This document shows positions 1-13,149 of a DNA stretch of 64,000 nt, piece by piece. Made by a program: the position numbers and the translations under genes. The notes under the pieces are model-generated. The model had not been told where the DNA came from. It searched no databases and saw nothing but the letters and a program-made list of their open reading frames with translations. This DNA comes from Octopus vulgaris. Its lineage: Eukaryota. The DNA lies in the NCBI GenBank assembly GCA_951406725.2, contig OX597824.1:40238001-40302000 (forward strand). The letters are read 5' to 3'. The first letter of the stretch is position 1. Each line of letters starts with the position of its first letter.

Positions 1-486
1 TCTCCATCTTCACCTCTCATACCTGTAACATATCTCCAGTTAAACTTCTTCCAGTGGCTGAAGCATAACTGCCAGCTGGGACTGGTTCGCTTCCCATCCT
101 TCCTTTTTTAACTACTTCAGCCATAAATAGGGAAGAAAACAATTATAAACTCACATGTAATAAAAAAACAGCAACTAACAATTCAACGATTTAATAATGA
201 GGTTTAATAATTAAGCAATTAGGTTCACCCTTACGGGAGACCTTCGACTCGTAATTAACAATGCGACTCACGTCTAACAGGGATCAAAAATGATGAACTG
301 GAACAGAAAATACTGACACATGACTCCCTATACTGGTTGATGTCGTCTCACCTTATAGTGGCTGATCATACCACTTGTCCCGTGGGAAGTGGGTGTACCA
401 TTTCCACTACATTTCCCCTTTTAGTTTTTTCCTTTTGGGGAAGCAAGTAATTTTATTTTACCTTATTCACTCCACCTCCCATTTTT

Positions 487-488
<2 letters not shown>

Positions 489-562
<74 letters not shown>
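489..562. repeat. (TA)n microsatellite
   Basis: Perfect TA run. Confidence 0.95.
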
Positions 563-566
<4 letters not shown>

Positions 567-818
567 GTCGGTGCTGCCCAGTATGAGTGGTCAGTTTTCT
601 CAATTAAAGCTAAACTTTCCAGTCTTTCCAGCTTTTGGTTGACCTGGTCTATCGCCGCAAATGGTCTTGCATTTTCTTTTACAGTAATCCTTTTGTTTTA
701 GTGCAACAACCCAATCCTTCCCAAAAAAACATTTGGAAATAATTCTTTTAATTCTTTGTCTCAGTTCTTCGACTTCATTCGAACCTTTGACCGTCCCAAC
801 TACACTTCCACAGAGAAC

Positions 819-1062
819 ATAAGGGTACACCAGGCACATGCATCACAACCACATGTACGCGACATGGAGATCTAATATCAAGATTAACAACGCATGACCT
901 TGCAGGTGGGGCCCAGTTAGAATTTTCTTCGGGTCGAGTAGACCATCCCGCTCAAATGGTCCCTGAATAAGGTTTGTTTAAGGATGTTGAACGAAACACC
1001 CATGTTTCCAGGGGTGAATTATCCAAACCTCAAACAATTCCTCTCAGCACAGCGCTATGATG
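819..1062 (-). mobile_element. Internal fragment of the ~550-bp (TAA)n-associated interspersed element
   Basis: Near-identical to 41137-41365 (GCACATGCATCACAAC...GACCTTGCAGGTGGGGCCCAGTTAGAATTTTCTTC...) and to the reverse complement of part of 15531-16085. Confidence 0.8.
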
Positions 1063-2046
1063 TCCATACTTGTTGCTGCTGATATTATTTCCTGATACGG
1101 TACAGCGACAAGAAATTACTTTGCGATATCAGGTAACGGGCATCACACGGGATAGCATAGTACAATGTCTGAATAAAAAAATAAAGCTATGACTGCCGTA
1201 GCTGTAAATCTATTCATCATAGATTCGTTTGATCAAAATTGGCCAAGTGCTAAGCAACAACACAGAACAAAATAACAACAGTTCCTAAATCTCGTTTGGA
1301 ACACATTGCCAATTATATGAAGGACGTATTATTATTATTATTATTATTATTGGTCCTGATTCTGTCACTCTCCTCTACTAATTCTAGCATATTGCTAGTA
1401 CTTCTTTACACGAAAACCATCAACTCTAATCAGGATTGAACTCGGTGTACTTCTCAACGTTTCAGATACAAAGCATTCATCACATTTTTACACACTGCGT
1501 AATTTCAGATCTCTCTTTCTCTCTAATTTCATACCTCTCTCTCTCTTTCTCTCTCGCTCTCTCTCTCTCACTCTCACCCTCCCTCTCTCTTTCCCGCCGC
1601 CAAACCGAATCGCAATTTACTGATTAATGTCTCGTTGTAGCACAAGTTTATCACAGGCCATCAAGCGGCCTACTATCACATAACCATCTACATAATCAGT
1701 GTATTTGCAGCTGATGTTATATATTAGCAATGCTTTTGATGGAGTTCGCAGAAAAGTAAAAACAAAATTCATTCGCGTCTGTGATGAAGGAGAGAAAAAT
1801 GTCACTCATTAAAAATGTGTCTCATTAAAACACAACAACCTCTCTTCATACGAATTCCACTTAAGCATTTCTGTATCGATGGGTCCCTCAAATTGTATAT
1901 ATATGCATACGTCTATGTGTGTTTGTATGTGTTAGGATATTAGATAATATATATAAGTTAGAAAACACACATACACATATATATATATAAGTTCTAACAA
2001 GCTATCTTAAGAATAGTTTTAGCATTAACATATATATACATGCACA

Positions 2047-2357
2047 GGGGCCGTTTAGCTTAATGGTTAGAGCACTTAGCCGGTTTTTGAGGGGTACGGG
2101 GTTCGACTCCCAGTAGTCACCTGCTGGCAACATTTCCCGTCTCCTAAGGGTAATTACCTAATCTTTCTATGCTGTTTTCACAGCCATACTGCGTTCGAAA
2201 TTTACTTTCTGTCCATAATATAGATTTAAGTTCAGTTTTATTGCCTATGTGAATCCTAATATACATATGAAATTACACTGAGGAGATTCTTGACCAAAAA
2301 ACAATGGATTTTTATAATTTTATTATGGCCAAGAATTGAAACATTTGTATGTGGTTA
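2047..2357 (+). mobile_element. tRNA-headed SINE-like element ending in a hammerhead ribozyme
   Basis: A box TAGCTTAATGG 2056-2066, B box GGTTCGACTCC 2100-2110, hammerhead fold 2271-2356, followed by (TA)n. Confidence 0.7.
2271..2356 (+). ncRNA. Type I hammerhead ribozyme
   Basis: Stem I AATTACA/TGTGGTT (with G-U pairs), core CTGAGGA 2278-2284, stem II GATTCTTGACCA/TGGCCAAGAATT (11 of 12 paired), GAAAC 2338-2342, short stem III, cleavage triplet GUA 2347-2349. Confidence 0.75.
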
Positions 2358-2358
2358 A

Positions 2359-2399
<41 letters not shown>

Positions 2400-2417
2400 T
2401 TTGTATGTGTGTGAGTA

Positions 2418-2451
<34 letters not shown>

Positions 2452-2882
2452 TGCGTATGTTCCTTATGCATTCCAAACCGAGTTGCCGTTTTTAACGTAT
2501 GGGGTATCAAAAGATTCAGTAAGCTTTTAACTACCAACTAAACTATATTTTCATTCACTTATTTGCATTGCAAAAATTAAGATTATCATTATTGTTTTAG
2601 TCACCTATTGTAAACGACATCTTTTATCACTGCCACCACAACGACGATGACCTCACATTTTCTATATGAGTTCGAGCGTTCGTTACGTACGTTAGGCTGA
2701 TGACTGATAAGTATATGTGTGTGACGGTGTTTGCCTGTCAGTATGCATACATTTTTGTGACGACTGATACACACACACATCACACCCAGTAGTGAAACGC
2801 GCAGATATTGAAAGTTACAACGACTAGGTTTCATTAGAAACTGAAAATAGTTTCACACTTTCAATTTCAACCAAAATTACAG

Positions 2883-3426
<544 letters not shown>

Positions 3427-3784
3427 AAAATTACAGCGTTCGATTACGAGACTGACTATGTGTGAATAAGGAATGTAATGTTTCTCCGAATTAGTCACAT
3501 CAGTATTATAATAAAGAAAGTCGCTTAGGCGATCTTTTGTCTCTGTTTACAACTAAAATAACCTCGACAACTACGCGGGTCGCACAATTTTGAGGTCATT
3601 TTTGGACAGTATTTCAATTTGGTTCTGATGTTTCCCTTTCGTCCGATGTTTCACGCATGCGTAGAATTCGACTCAGACAAGCATTTATGAAAATGCAAAC
3701 ATAAATATTGTATTGAAATAAGCCACAACCAAAATAATTGCATTAAAAGACATCCATTTCTCTATAAGTTATGAGAAAATACAG

Positions 3785-3838
<54 letters not shown>

Positions 3839-3974
3839 GCACAAAAATATGTATGCATATGTATTTATAGGCGAAGGTAAAGAATATGCATACCTGGTGT
3901 TTAAGGCTAGGGCAACGCTGAAAAGCGGGTGGTGTACGTATTCTTTTCCTCCGCCTATTTATGTTCGTGTATAT

Positions 3975-4993
3975 TGTTACGGGACCCCCGAAAGTTGCTA
4001 CGGAATCCCACCTGCCGTCGCCCGAACTCGAACCTGGGATCCGAACAAGTCGAGCGACGATGATTGACCAGGCTCGATCGATCGATCGATCGACGAAAGT
4101 TCGCCACGGAACCCAGAGAGGAGAGAGACAACAACAACAACAACAACAGCAGCAGGAAGAGACACAGAGGCAAAAAGAAATACAGCGGAAGGCAATTGGC
4201 TTACATTTAACCTACTAGTTTATAACACTTTATAATTGTTACAACATCAAATACATTTAGATACATATCAGGTACATCAAAGAGGAAATACATGCAAGAA
4301 ACAACACATCAAAGCATTTAAACATGCAGATACAATATAACAACAGCATTCGGGTACAATAACAGTTCAGATTGATGCAATATACAGTCCGGAGACAACA
4401 GTTCTGTTTCAAATCACATTAACGTTACAGTTCAGATCACATTAAAGGCATATACAGTTCAATGTTCATTAAATTCTTTTCAGACTACAACAGAGTCTTT
4501 CTTTTTCTTTAACAGTTCTCTTTAGTCTTTTCTTTATAACCATCAACAACATAAACAATGTTCATTTCTTTTACATTTCAATACATCGATTCCTTTTCCT
4601 TCTTTTTCTTCACATATCAAAACATACAATTAACACATACCGTTACATCAGCCAATGCCTCACATTGTAGTCCATCTCTATTAGCTGCTTAAACCTCTGT
4701 ATATCTCTTCCTCAGCCCCTCAACATTTCTCTCATCGTCTCTCTCTGTCACAGCAGAACAGCCACTGCTAAATCCAAACTGCCAACTGCTTGCCTTGAAT
4801 CCCAAATCCTGACTGCTTTTACAGCTCAAACTTCCTCCCTTTTAAGAGGTGTTTACAACGAACTTTCCTTGACCGGCACAAGGCCAAAGGTCCCCTAAAA
4901 GCTCATTACTCTTTCTAAAACAAAGGACTATAACTTTGCATTGTAGACTTGCATTGTAGGTCGCCAGCTCTGTCCTTAAGTTGAACCACAACA
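3975..4993. mobile_element. Probable solo LTR (Ty3/Gypsy-like)
   Basis: Termini TGTT...AACA flanked by 4-bp direct repeat ATAT (3971-3974, 4994-4997). About 1 kb with no coding capacity. Confidence 0.5.
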
Positions 4994-5084
4994 ATATGAA
5001 AGATAATGTCTGAGAAAGAGAGAGAGTGTGTGTGAATAAAACACATACATGCAAAAACCTCATACATTACAACACACACCTTCA

Positions 5085-5097
5085 CTCTCTCTCTCTC

Positions 5098-5185
<88 letters not shown>
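5085..5185. repeat. (CT)n-(CA)n microsatellite
   Basis: Direct reading. Confidence 0.9.
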
Positions 5186-5189
<4 letters not shown>

Positions 5190-5402
5190 ATTTCATATAC
5201 ACGTGCATCTTTCACTTTCTCCTCTCACTTCAAAGCAAACGTCGCTTTATCATCTCTTTAAATTTCTGTTCTCTTCAAAGCATAAATAAATTAAAAGAAC
5301 TTTACGGAAATTAACGAACAATTGTATGATCCCATATATGTCGAGTTGACAACTTTGCTTCTTCAAATTAAATAATGCCATAAAACAACTTCCTTTCACA
5401 CA

Positions 5403-5440
<38 letters not shown>

Positions 5441-6441
5441 TATGCACACACACACACACACACACATACACACACTCTAGGTAAAACTTCTGTGCGAATT
5501 ATGTTATTTCTTGCATTGTGCACGAGCAAATTTAAAGCTCACATCCAATTGAAATAATCTTTTTCTATTGTGTAATTTGTGTTTGTGATGAGCGTATTTA
5601 AAAACCTGATATTCGATATAAACTTAAAAGAAAGTTTTCCCAGTAATCCTGTCTTTTATCTTTTCTTTGTAGCATGTCCAATGTGACATTTCCGCTCCAT
5701 TGCCTTATTTTTTTGTAAATTTCTTCTGATTCCTATATGTTTGCGATACACGACGTTTGGGATTTCACCCGCAAAACACGTTCTCAATATTTTAATTTTC
5801 TCCCTCTCCACACCAAATTCATTTTTTACTTTTTTCAAATATTTTTTCTTGGTAATCCATGGAGAAGAAACAGAGAGTGCGAATCTTTAAGAATTTTACC
5901 CAGCACCTCACCACTTTCCAAAAGCTACACATTTCCAGTGTTTCACTTTTAGCTTTTTGGAAAGCGGGAAATAAGTCAAAGAAATAAGTCAAAATAAGTC
6001 AGCATGGCCTTATTTGGAAATAAGTCAAAGAATAAAAAAATAACAGAAGGGAAAAGGGAATTGGAACGAAACCATATCGAACATGAAAAGCTCAAGAGAG
6101 ATATAAGAGAGTTAATTTACCTGAATATGTAGGTGCACAGCCCAATTTAACATATAACGAGTGTGTGAAGGTATCTAAGTAAAGAAGGCCTTGGAAGTAA
6201 TCAGAGAAGCTACAGACACAGGGACGTAAATTGATCGTTATCTTACAGCTCTACTGGCAGGTGTTATGGAAAAGAATGTGCGTCAGGAGGCAGACTGACA
6301 CATCATATGAAGCTTTACCAAAACAATAATGTTAGCATATGTAATTCGCAAGAAGTCAAGAATGTACAACCAGAAGTGGATGCATATAAACATTACAGTA
6401 AATCCGGCGTCCGTCTTCAGAGTGGAAGGATTAATATCTTG

Positions 6442-9400
6442 TTAGATTGAATATTTTTGACTCTTCCAGTGTATGTAGGTTCCAACTCTATCGTGTCTGT
6501 GAATATATTCCTTCTTAGCCAGGACTGGGCAGCCAGAGATAATATGATTTATCGTTTCTTGTCCATCTCCACATATTCTGCAGTTACTTGTTATATTTCT
6601 TTTCATTACATGTTTTTGGTAATTTCTGGTGGGGAGGCTTTGGTCTTGTGTTGCAATTAAAAATCCCTCTGTCTCTGCTTTGAGTCCTGAGCTTCTCAAC
6701 CATTGCTGAGATTTTTCTTTGTCTATTTCTTTTGCATTTAGTTTAGTCCAGTATTTACCATGAAGGGGCTTTTCTTGCCATCGTTTTATCATGGTTCTTT
6801 GCTGTTCTAGTTTTTGTTTGGATTTCATTTGTTTTATAGCTTTTGTTGTTTCTTCATCTTCTTCTTCTTCTTCATATTTGTTAGGTGGTATGATTTCTTG
6901 TTTGTATTTGTCAGCTTCCTTAAATACTGAGAACAGTTTTTTGTTTTGCTCGTGTTTTGCCGCTATTTGTATCAGTTTTCCTTTCTTTTGAAGTAGATAT
7001 TTTTGCAGTCCTATGGTGGTTATTTTATAGTAGTTTTCCAGCTGTATAAGGCCTCTACCACCTTCTATACGTTGTATATATAGTCTTTCTATGTCAGATT
7101 TTGGGTGATGCATCCTAGATCCTGTCATTATTTTTCTTGTTTTCCTATCTATTTTGATCAGTTCATTTAGTGTCCAGTTAAGGATATTGTAGCTGTAACT
7201 TATAACTGGGACAGCTAAAGTGTTAATACCTATTATCTTGTTTTTAGCATTGAGCTCTGTTTTTAGTATTGATCTAACTCGTCTATAATATTCTTTTTTA
7301 TTTTCTCTTTCATTTGTGTGTGTTGTGTCTTATCTAGTTCATGGATTCCTAAGTATTTGTAAGTATGGCTTTCGTCTAATTCTTTTATTTCATTGGTTTT
7401 ATCTAGTGTGATGTTGCTACTCTTAACTAGTTTTCCTCTTTTCAGGGTTACGTTGGCGCATTTTTCTAATCCAAATTTCATATCTATTTCTTTGGTAAAT
7501 CCATGAACTGTCTTTAATAGTGTTTCCAGCTGTTTGTCATTTGCAGCGTATAGTTTTAGGTCATCCATATATAAAAGGTGGCTGATCGTTTTGCCGTAAC
7601 TTTTATATCCGCATCCAGTTCTATTTAGCATATCAGATAGAGGTGACAGTGCCAAGCAGAAAAGGAGTGGAGAGAGCGTGTCTCCCTGGAATATTCCTCT
7701 TCTAATGGGGATGGCTTTGGTTTTCATGAGTCCCTCTTTTGTTTGGAGCTGTAGCACTGTTTGCCATTTATTCATAGAGTGTCCTGTGAATTTTATAATT
7801 GTTGGTGCTACTTTGTTAATGGCTAGTGTTTCGAGGATCCAATGTGTGGGGGATGCTAACAAACGCCTTTTTGTAGCCGATCCAGGCCATACTGAGGCCT
7901 TTCTTCTTTCTGTGGCTGTCTTCAATTATGGCTTTATTAATCATTAGTTGATCTTTACAGCCATATGAGCCTTTGCAGCATCCTTTCTGCTCTTCTGGAA
8001 ACAGGTTGTTTTCGTCCAGGTGCTTGTTCAACCTTTGCGATATCACTGCAGTAAATGCCTTGTACATTGTAGGGAGACAGGTTATTGATCTGTAGTTTTC
8101 TGGTTTTGTTGTCTCATTTGATTTGGGAATTAAGATGGTTTTCTCCTTCGTGAGCCATTCTGGCATTGTCTCTGGCTCTGCTAGTATGTTGTTAAAGTTT
8201 TCAGCCAGCTTTTTGTGCATTCCTGTTAGATATTTCAACCAGGAGTTGGGGATCTTGTCATGCCCAGGTGCCTTCCAGTTGCTTAGTCTTTGCAATGCCT
8301 GGGTGACCTCTTCAGTTGTTATGGGGGTCCAAAGTTGCTCAGATGCTGAGTTTGTTGATTTAATACTCCTTTTTTTTTGGTTGTTCGTTCGCCGACCATA
8401 TTTCGCTCCAGAATTCTTCCACTTCTTCTGCCGTTGGTGTTGCAGTGATTTCTATTTTATTTTTGCCAAGTTCTTGGTAGAACTTTTTGGGGTTGGAGTT
8501 GAACTTTTTGTTTTGTTCAAAGAAGCGCTGGCGTTTCTCGTACCGGCGGATCCTTTGTGCTTTGGCAAGGATATCTTGCTTCAGCTTTTCTTTTATTTCA
8601 GGCAAATCTTTCTCTGTGATGTTATATTTGCGGAGTATTTTTGTTCTCTTTTTGTTGCTCAGTAGCGTTGATTGTTTGCTGATTTCATTAAGAATCGACA
8701 GATCTTTTCTCATATTTTTGTATTTTGTTTTGGATGTTATTTATCCACAGGGTTTGTTTGGGTGGTGGTACTCCTGTTTGGATAGGTTTGAGTGAATATC
8801 CAGCTTCTTTTGTGGCTGCAGTGGCTGCTGCGTATACTAAGTCATTTAGCTCAGTGATATCGCTTTTTGTTTCAATGGCTATTAGTTCCGTGACGGCTAG
8901 GTTTATGCTGTTTATAATTGATGTTGTTGTTTCGTCTATTTTGATTTTTGGGAGGTATGGTCGGTGGTCCATCTTGAGATCTGTGTCTTTCAGTTCTTTG
9001 ATTATTCTACTTTTTATAGTATTATAATCATTAGGCTCCCCTTCGTTGTTTCCAGGTTTTACATTTGTGTCACTTTTTTTCACGTTCGTATGTTTGTTTG
9101 TCGTGTTTTGGCTTGCTGTTTGTCGTGTATTATTATGCATCCTTACGGTCTGGGTTTGTTGTTTTTTTTACATCGTGTTTGTTGGGAATGTTACGTTTGT
9201 CTTCGTGTTTTACTGTTTCAGTGTTTATATTATTGGGCATTGTTGTGTGGCTTCTATCTACATTTTCCTGGTGTATTTTTTTCTTTTTGATGTTCTATTT
9301 CTATTTCTGATATTTTTTTGCGTTGAGAATGTATCTTCGTACGTTTGCTAGTTTATTAGGGTTCATTGCTGTAGCCAAGTCTATATTTATGTTAATTACC

Positions 9401-9652
9401 TTCCATATTTTATATGTATGTGTTGTTGTGTTTTCATTTTTTGGGTAGAGCACTGCTGTGAAGTAAGCGTGTAGGATAGAAATGTATTCCTCACGTGTCC
9501 ATTTATGTCTTTTGGGTTTTATTTGTGGGACATGAAGAACAACGTCCGGCCCATTATTTTGACGGTCGTCATTTTCGTAGGGTACCGGTCCGTTCATTTC
9601 TGTTGTCACATTTCTGTTGTCACATTTCTGTTGTCACATTTCTGTTGTCACA

Positions 9653-9655
<3 letters not shown>
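6442..9655 (-). mobile_element. R4/Dong-clade non-LTR retrotransposon, frameshifted, 3' end truncated
   Basis: ORF pieces with N-terminal KWTREE motif, NWKAPGHDKI, PENYRSITCL, RRGIFQGDTLSPLLF, LYMDDLKL (RT), CRIC..ETINHIISGC zinc knuckle and RHD. 5' end abuts (TTA)n at 9655-9716. Confidence 0.9.
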
Positions 9656-9731
<76 letters not shown>

Positions 9732-10243
9732 TATATATGTATAAGGACAACAACTACTATAACAATTACAACATCAATAGCAACAAAAACATCACTGTTC
9801 ATAACAATAAACTTCATGACATATAGATTCTTTCCTCCTTTACGATATGAAACATATAGGTTGACGATACAATATTTAAGCAATATCTGTAAATGAAAAG
9901 CTCTTGTCTTTTCTCGGGCAGATTTATGAAATGATGAGAATATGGAGAAGTAGGGTAAGACAAAATATATCAAACTCAATGAAATAGTTTTCACTTGACG
10001 TGTTTTAAACAAATTCTTAGATATTTCAAATCATGATGATGTTACAAGTTGGTTCAAAATAAACCGGATCAGACGACGCTAATAATGATATCTACATTCT
10101 CGTCAATAAGTAGAAGTACAGCATGCAGGCGACAATTATCATCTTCTAAGAAAATTCTTTCGCCCAATAACTCATCATTTTTTTGCCTGCATTTCAGGAC
10201 ATCTTATGGCTGCTGTATGCGTACGTGTATAAATGTGAACGTA

Positions 10244-10253
10244 TATATAAACT

Positions 10254-10291
<38 letters not shown>

Positions 10292-10335
10292 TATATACAT
10301 ACACACGCACGCACACATATATACTCATATATATG

Positions 10336-10377
<42 letters not shown>

Positions 10378-10432
10378 CAAATATATATACATACATACAT
10401 ACATACACACATGCATACACACATGCATACAC

Positions 10433-10484
<52 letters not shown>

Positions 10485-10485
10485 T
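10244..10485. repeat. Compound (TA)n/(TACA)n microsatellite
   Basis: Direct reading. Confidence 0.9.
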
Positions 10486-11177
10486 AGTACACACACTTGT
10501 GTAGGTGTATTTAGAGAGCAGCGAGAAATGGAGAGATGGACGGGATCTTTTCAGAAAACTACAAAGATGGCCTAATCAACTTTTGAGGTCTAGCATATAT
10601 CACATGATTCTGTTTAATGTGTTTATTATACATTGAGTAGAAGAGATATCAATCTTATATTGCCTTGATGTAATGATGTAAACAAACGATGTTGTATCTT
10701 TTGATATTCTATAATGAGTTCTTGTGCCAAACGGTTTCACTGATATATCATGAACACACCACACACACATACACACTTACATACATTTATAAAAGAAATT
10801 AGTGAGCCTTGTATGTTCGTGTGTATATAAGTATTCGTGAAAGAGAGAGAGACAGACAGGCAGACAGGCAAAGAGTGGGAAGATTTAGGCTTTTAACGAG
10901 CAAAACCCATGAGACAATTTCGAGTGGACGTTCATAATAGTTTATCTAAAACCTCTGTATGGAACATGAGCGTCACCCAATTTACGTTCTGCTTCCACAG
11001 CAAAATCTACGACAGTGGTTTTACAAAAAAGACGGGATGCTCACGTTGATAATCATGGTCTCATTTGATCATAGTATCAAGGCTGACCTGAAGTCATACA
11101 AAGACATGATTTAATAAAAGAAATATGGTGTTATTCTTTTTTTCTTTCTCTGTATATATATATATATATATATATAT

Positions 11178-11364
11178 AGTTAATCCAAACATGAACAAAG
11201 AGAAAACTCAACAACGCGAAGACGTGGAACAAATATAGTGTTATTGGATGCTCAGGAAAGGAAAGAAAGAAGGAGGATTTAACGTTTCGAGCGGAGCTCT
11301 TCGTCAGAAACATAGAAAGATGGAAAATTCCAAGGAAGAGAAGACAGAGAAAGAAAATCGCCAA

Positions 11365-11366
<2 letters not shown>
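11178..11366 (-). mobile_element. Penelope pLTR-like/retrozyme fragment between (TA)n runs
   Basis: About 190 bp of unique sequence bounded by (TA)n on both sides, containing a minimal hammerhead. Confidence 0.6.
11278..11310 (-). ncRNA. Minimal type I hammerhead ribozyme
   Basis: Minus strand reads TTT-CTGACGA-A-GAGC-TCC-GCTC-GAAAC-GTT-AAA: full core, perfect stem II, palindromic AACGTT stem III, 3-4 bp stem I. Confidence 0.8.
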
Positions 11367-11431
<65 letters not shown>

Positions 11432-11889
11432 TGCTAACATGTTATCTTAAAGATAACGTTTAGGAAGCGGTCTGAGCGTCTATAGATACAGCTTACACTA
11501 AGGGACAATGTTTTTCTTATTTGCTATCGCATGGGACTTTTCAACTGATTCTAATTTTTTCAACACTGATTTCAAATTTAAAATCAATTTTCGTCAGCAT
11601 GCTTTAGCTTCTACGCAATTTGACATTTATGAGAAAAATCTTGGGCTAAATGAGAAAAATCTTGGAAGCTCTACAAAAGTGTCAAATTTCGGAATGCGGG
11701 AGCAGATTATTGTGAAATTTTTTTCAGAAGACAAGCAATTTCTTTACCGCCACGATACCCCAGGACTTTTTCACCGCAGATGGGCGTCGCCCAGTTCGAG
11801 AGGTTTTGAATAGTAGGACCTTCTCTGTATTTCAGGAAATTCTGAAGCGCTTCCATCAAAACCTTATACAATCATAGTAATGTAAAGAT

Positions 11890-12140
11890 CTGAAATGGTG
11901 TGATTTTGCCAAACAGGGGAATTGAACGAAGAGGTTATGTAGGATAACCTCCGCGTTCACCAGACCTCACGCCACTTGACTTTTTAATGAGGATACTTAA
12001 AAGACAAAGTTTATGGTACAAATTCGACAGCAGTCGAGGAATTGAAGGTAGCTGTTGAACGAGAATGCACACAAATACCCAACGGAAAGTTTCTTGATAT
12101 TTGCCATTCCATTGCTTCGCATTACATAAATATGATGGTA
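11890..12140 (+). mobile_element. IS630-Tc1-mariner transposase relic
   Basis: Translates to (W>stop)PPRSPDLTPLDF...YLKDKVY around 11945-12015. Confidence 0.7.
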
Positions 12141-12718
12141 GTTTCTACCTGTCCGAAAATTATATGAGAGCACGGCATGCCAGCGAGTGGTTGTGTAAAA
12201 TGATCCTTGACTCTGCAAGCCCTTTATTCCTGCCTGCGTGTAGTAGTTTTAAAGTGAGTCAGCTCACGTAATCCACTCCCACGTTTTGGACTTGGCGGCC
12301 TGACCATAGTGGTTCAGTGGGTTAAGACGACTCCAATGACTAGCTGTATGTTTTACGTTATAGTGGCCTTCTCCTACGTAAAGTGCCTTACAGGTCTGAG
12401 GAGATCGAACTACATGGGGTGTCAAAGAGAACACAGGACTGCCTGAGGGATCCACTCCTTAGTTTTTGTTAAGGTTGCTTCCCTCTAGCCTTTTCCTTTC
12501 TCAAGGCACTCACAAGGCAGTGAGGATTTGTGGTAGGGGTTTCTTGCATAACATTCTAATTGACCTGTAGCTGGAACCCTGACAGTTTCTACTACTCCTG
12601 ATCAGAGAAGACCTGGATCTCTGGAACAAAGGTCCTACTACTGGATACAGCTTAAAGTCATACTCGAGACAAACAAATATATATAGATACATACACAAGG
12701 GGTAGGACAAATATGGTG

Positions 12719-13036
12719 AGGGCGCGTGGCTTAGTGATTAGGGCATTCGGCTCATGATCGTAAGGTTGTGAGTTCGATTCCCGGCGACGCGTTGTGTCCT
12801 TGAGCAAGACACTTTATTTCACGTTGCTCCAGTCCACTCAGCTGGCAAAAATGAGTTGTACTTGTATTTCAATGGGTCAGCCTTGTCACTCTCTGTGTCA
12901 CGCTGATTATCCCCGAGAACTACGTTAAGGGTACACGTGTCTGTGGAATGCTCAGCCATTTGCACGTTAATTTCACGAGCAAGCTGTTCCGTTGATCGTA
13001 TCAGCTGGGACCCTCGTCGTCGTAACCGGCGGAGTC
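12719..13036 (+). mobile_element. tRNA-derived SINE (family C, CORE-like segment)
   Basis: A box TGGCTTAGTGA 12727-12737, B box AGTTCGATTCC 12771-12781, then GTGTCCTTGAGCAAGACACTT. Degenerate body copy near 30960-31130. Confidence 0.8.
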
Positions 13037-13149
13037 TTTTTTTAAAGGACAAATATCACGTACAAAATAAGTTCAATGCTTTAATTCTTCTAAAACTGAA
13101 TAGATTAAATATAATAATGAATACACCCGTACTTGTACATGATGAACAA

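Noticed and set aside
6400-6428. Minus-strand CTGAAGA-CGG-ACG-CCG as a hammerhead
   Set aside because: Followed by GATTT rather than GAAA, so the core is incomplete
12719-12790. tRNA genes at the SINE heads (also 2047, 3001, 31939)
   Set aside because: A/B boxes are present but there is no complete cloverleaf, and each continues into a repeat body
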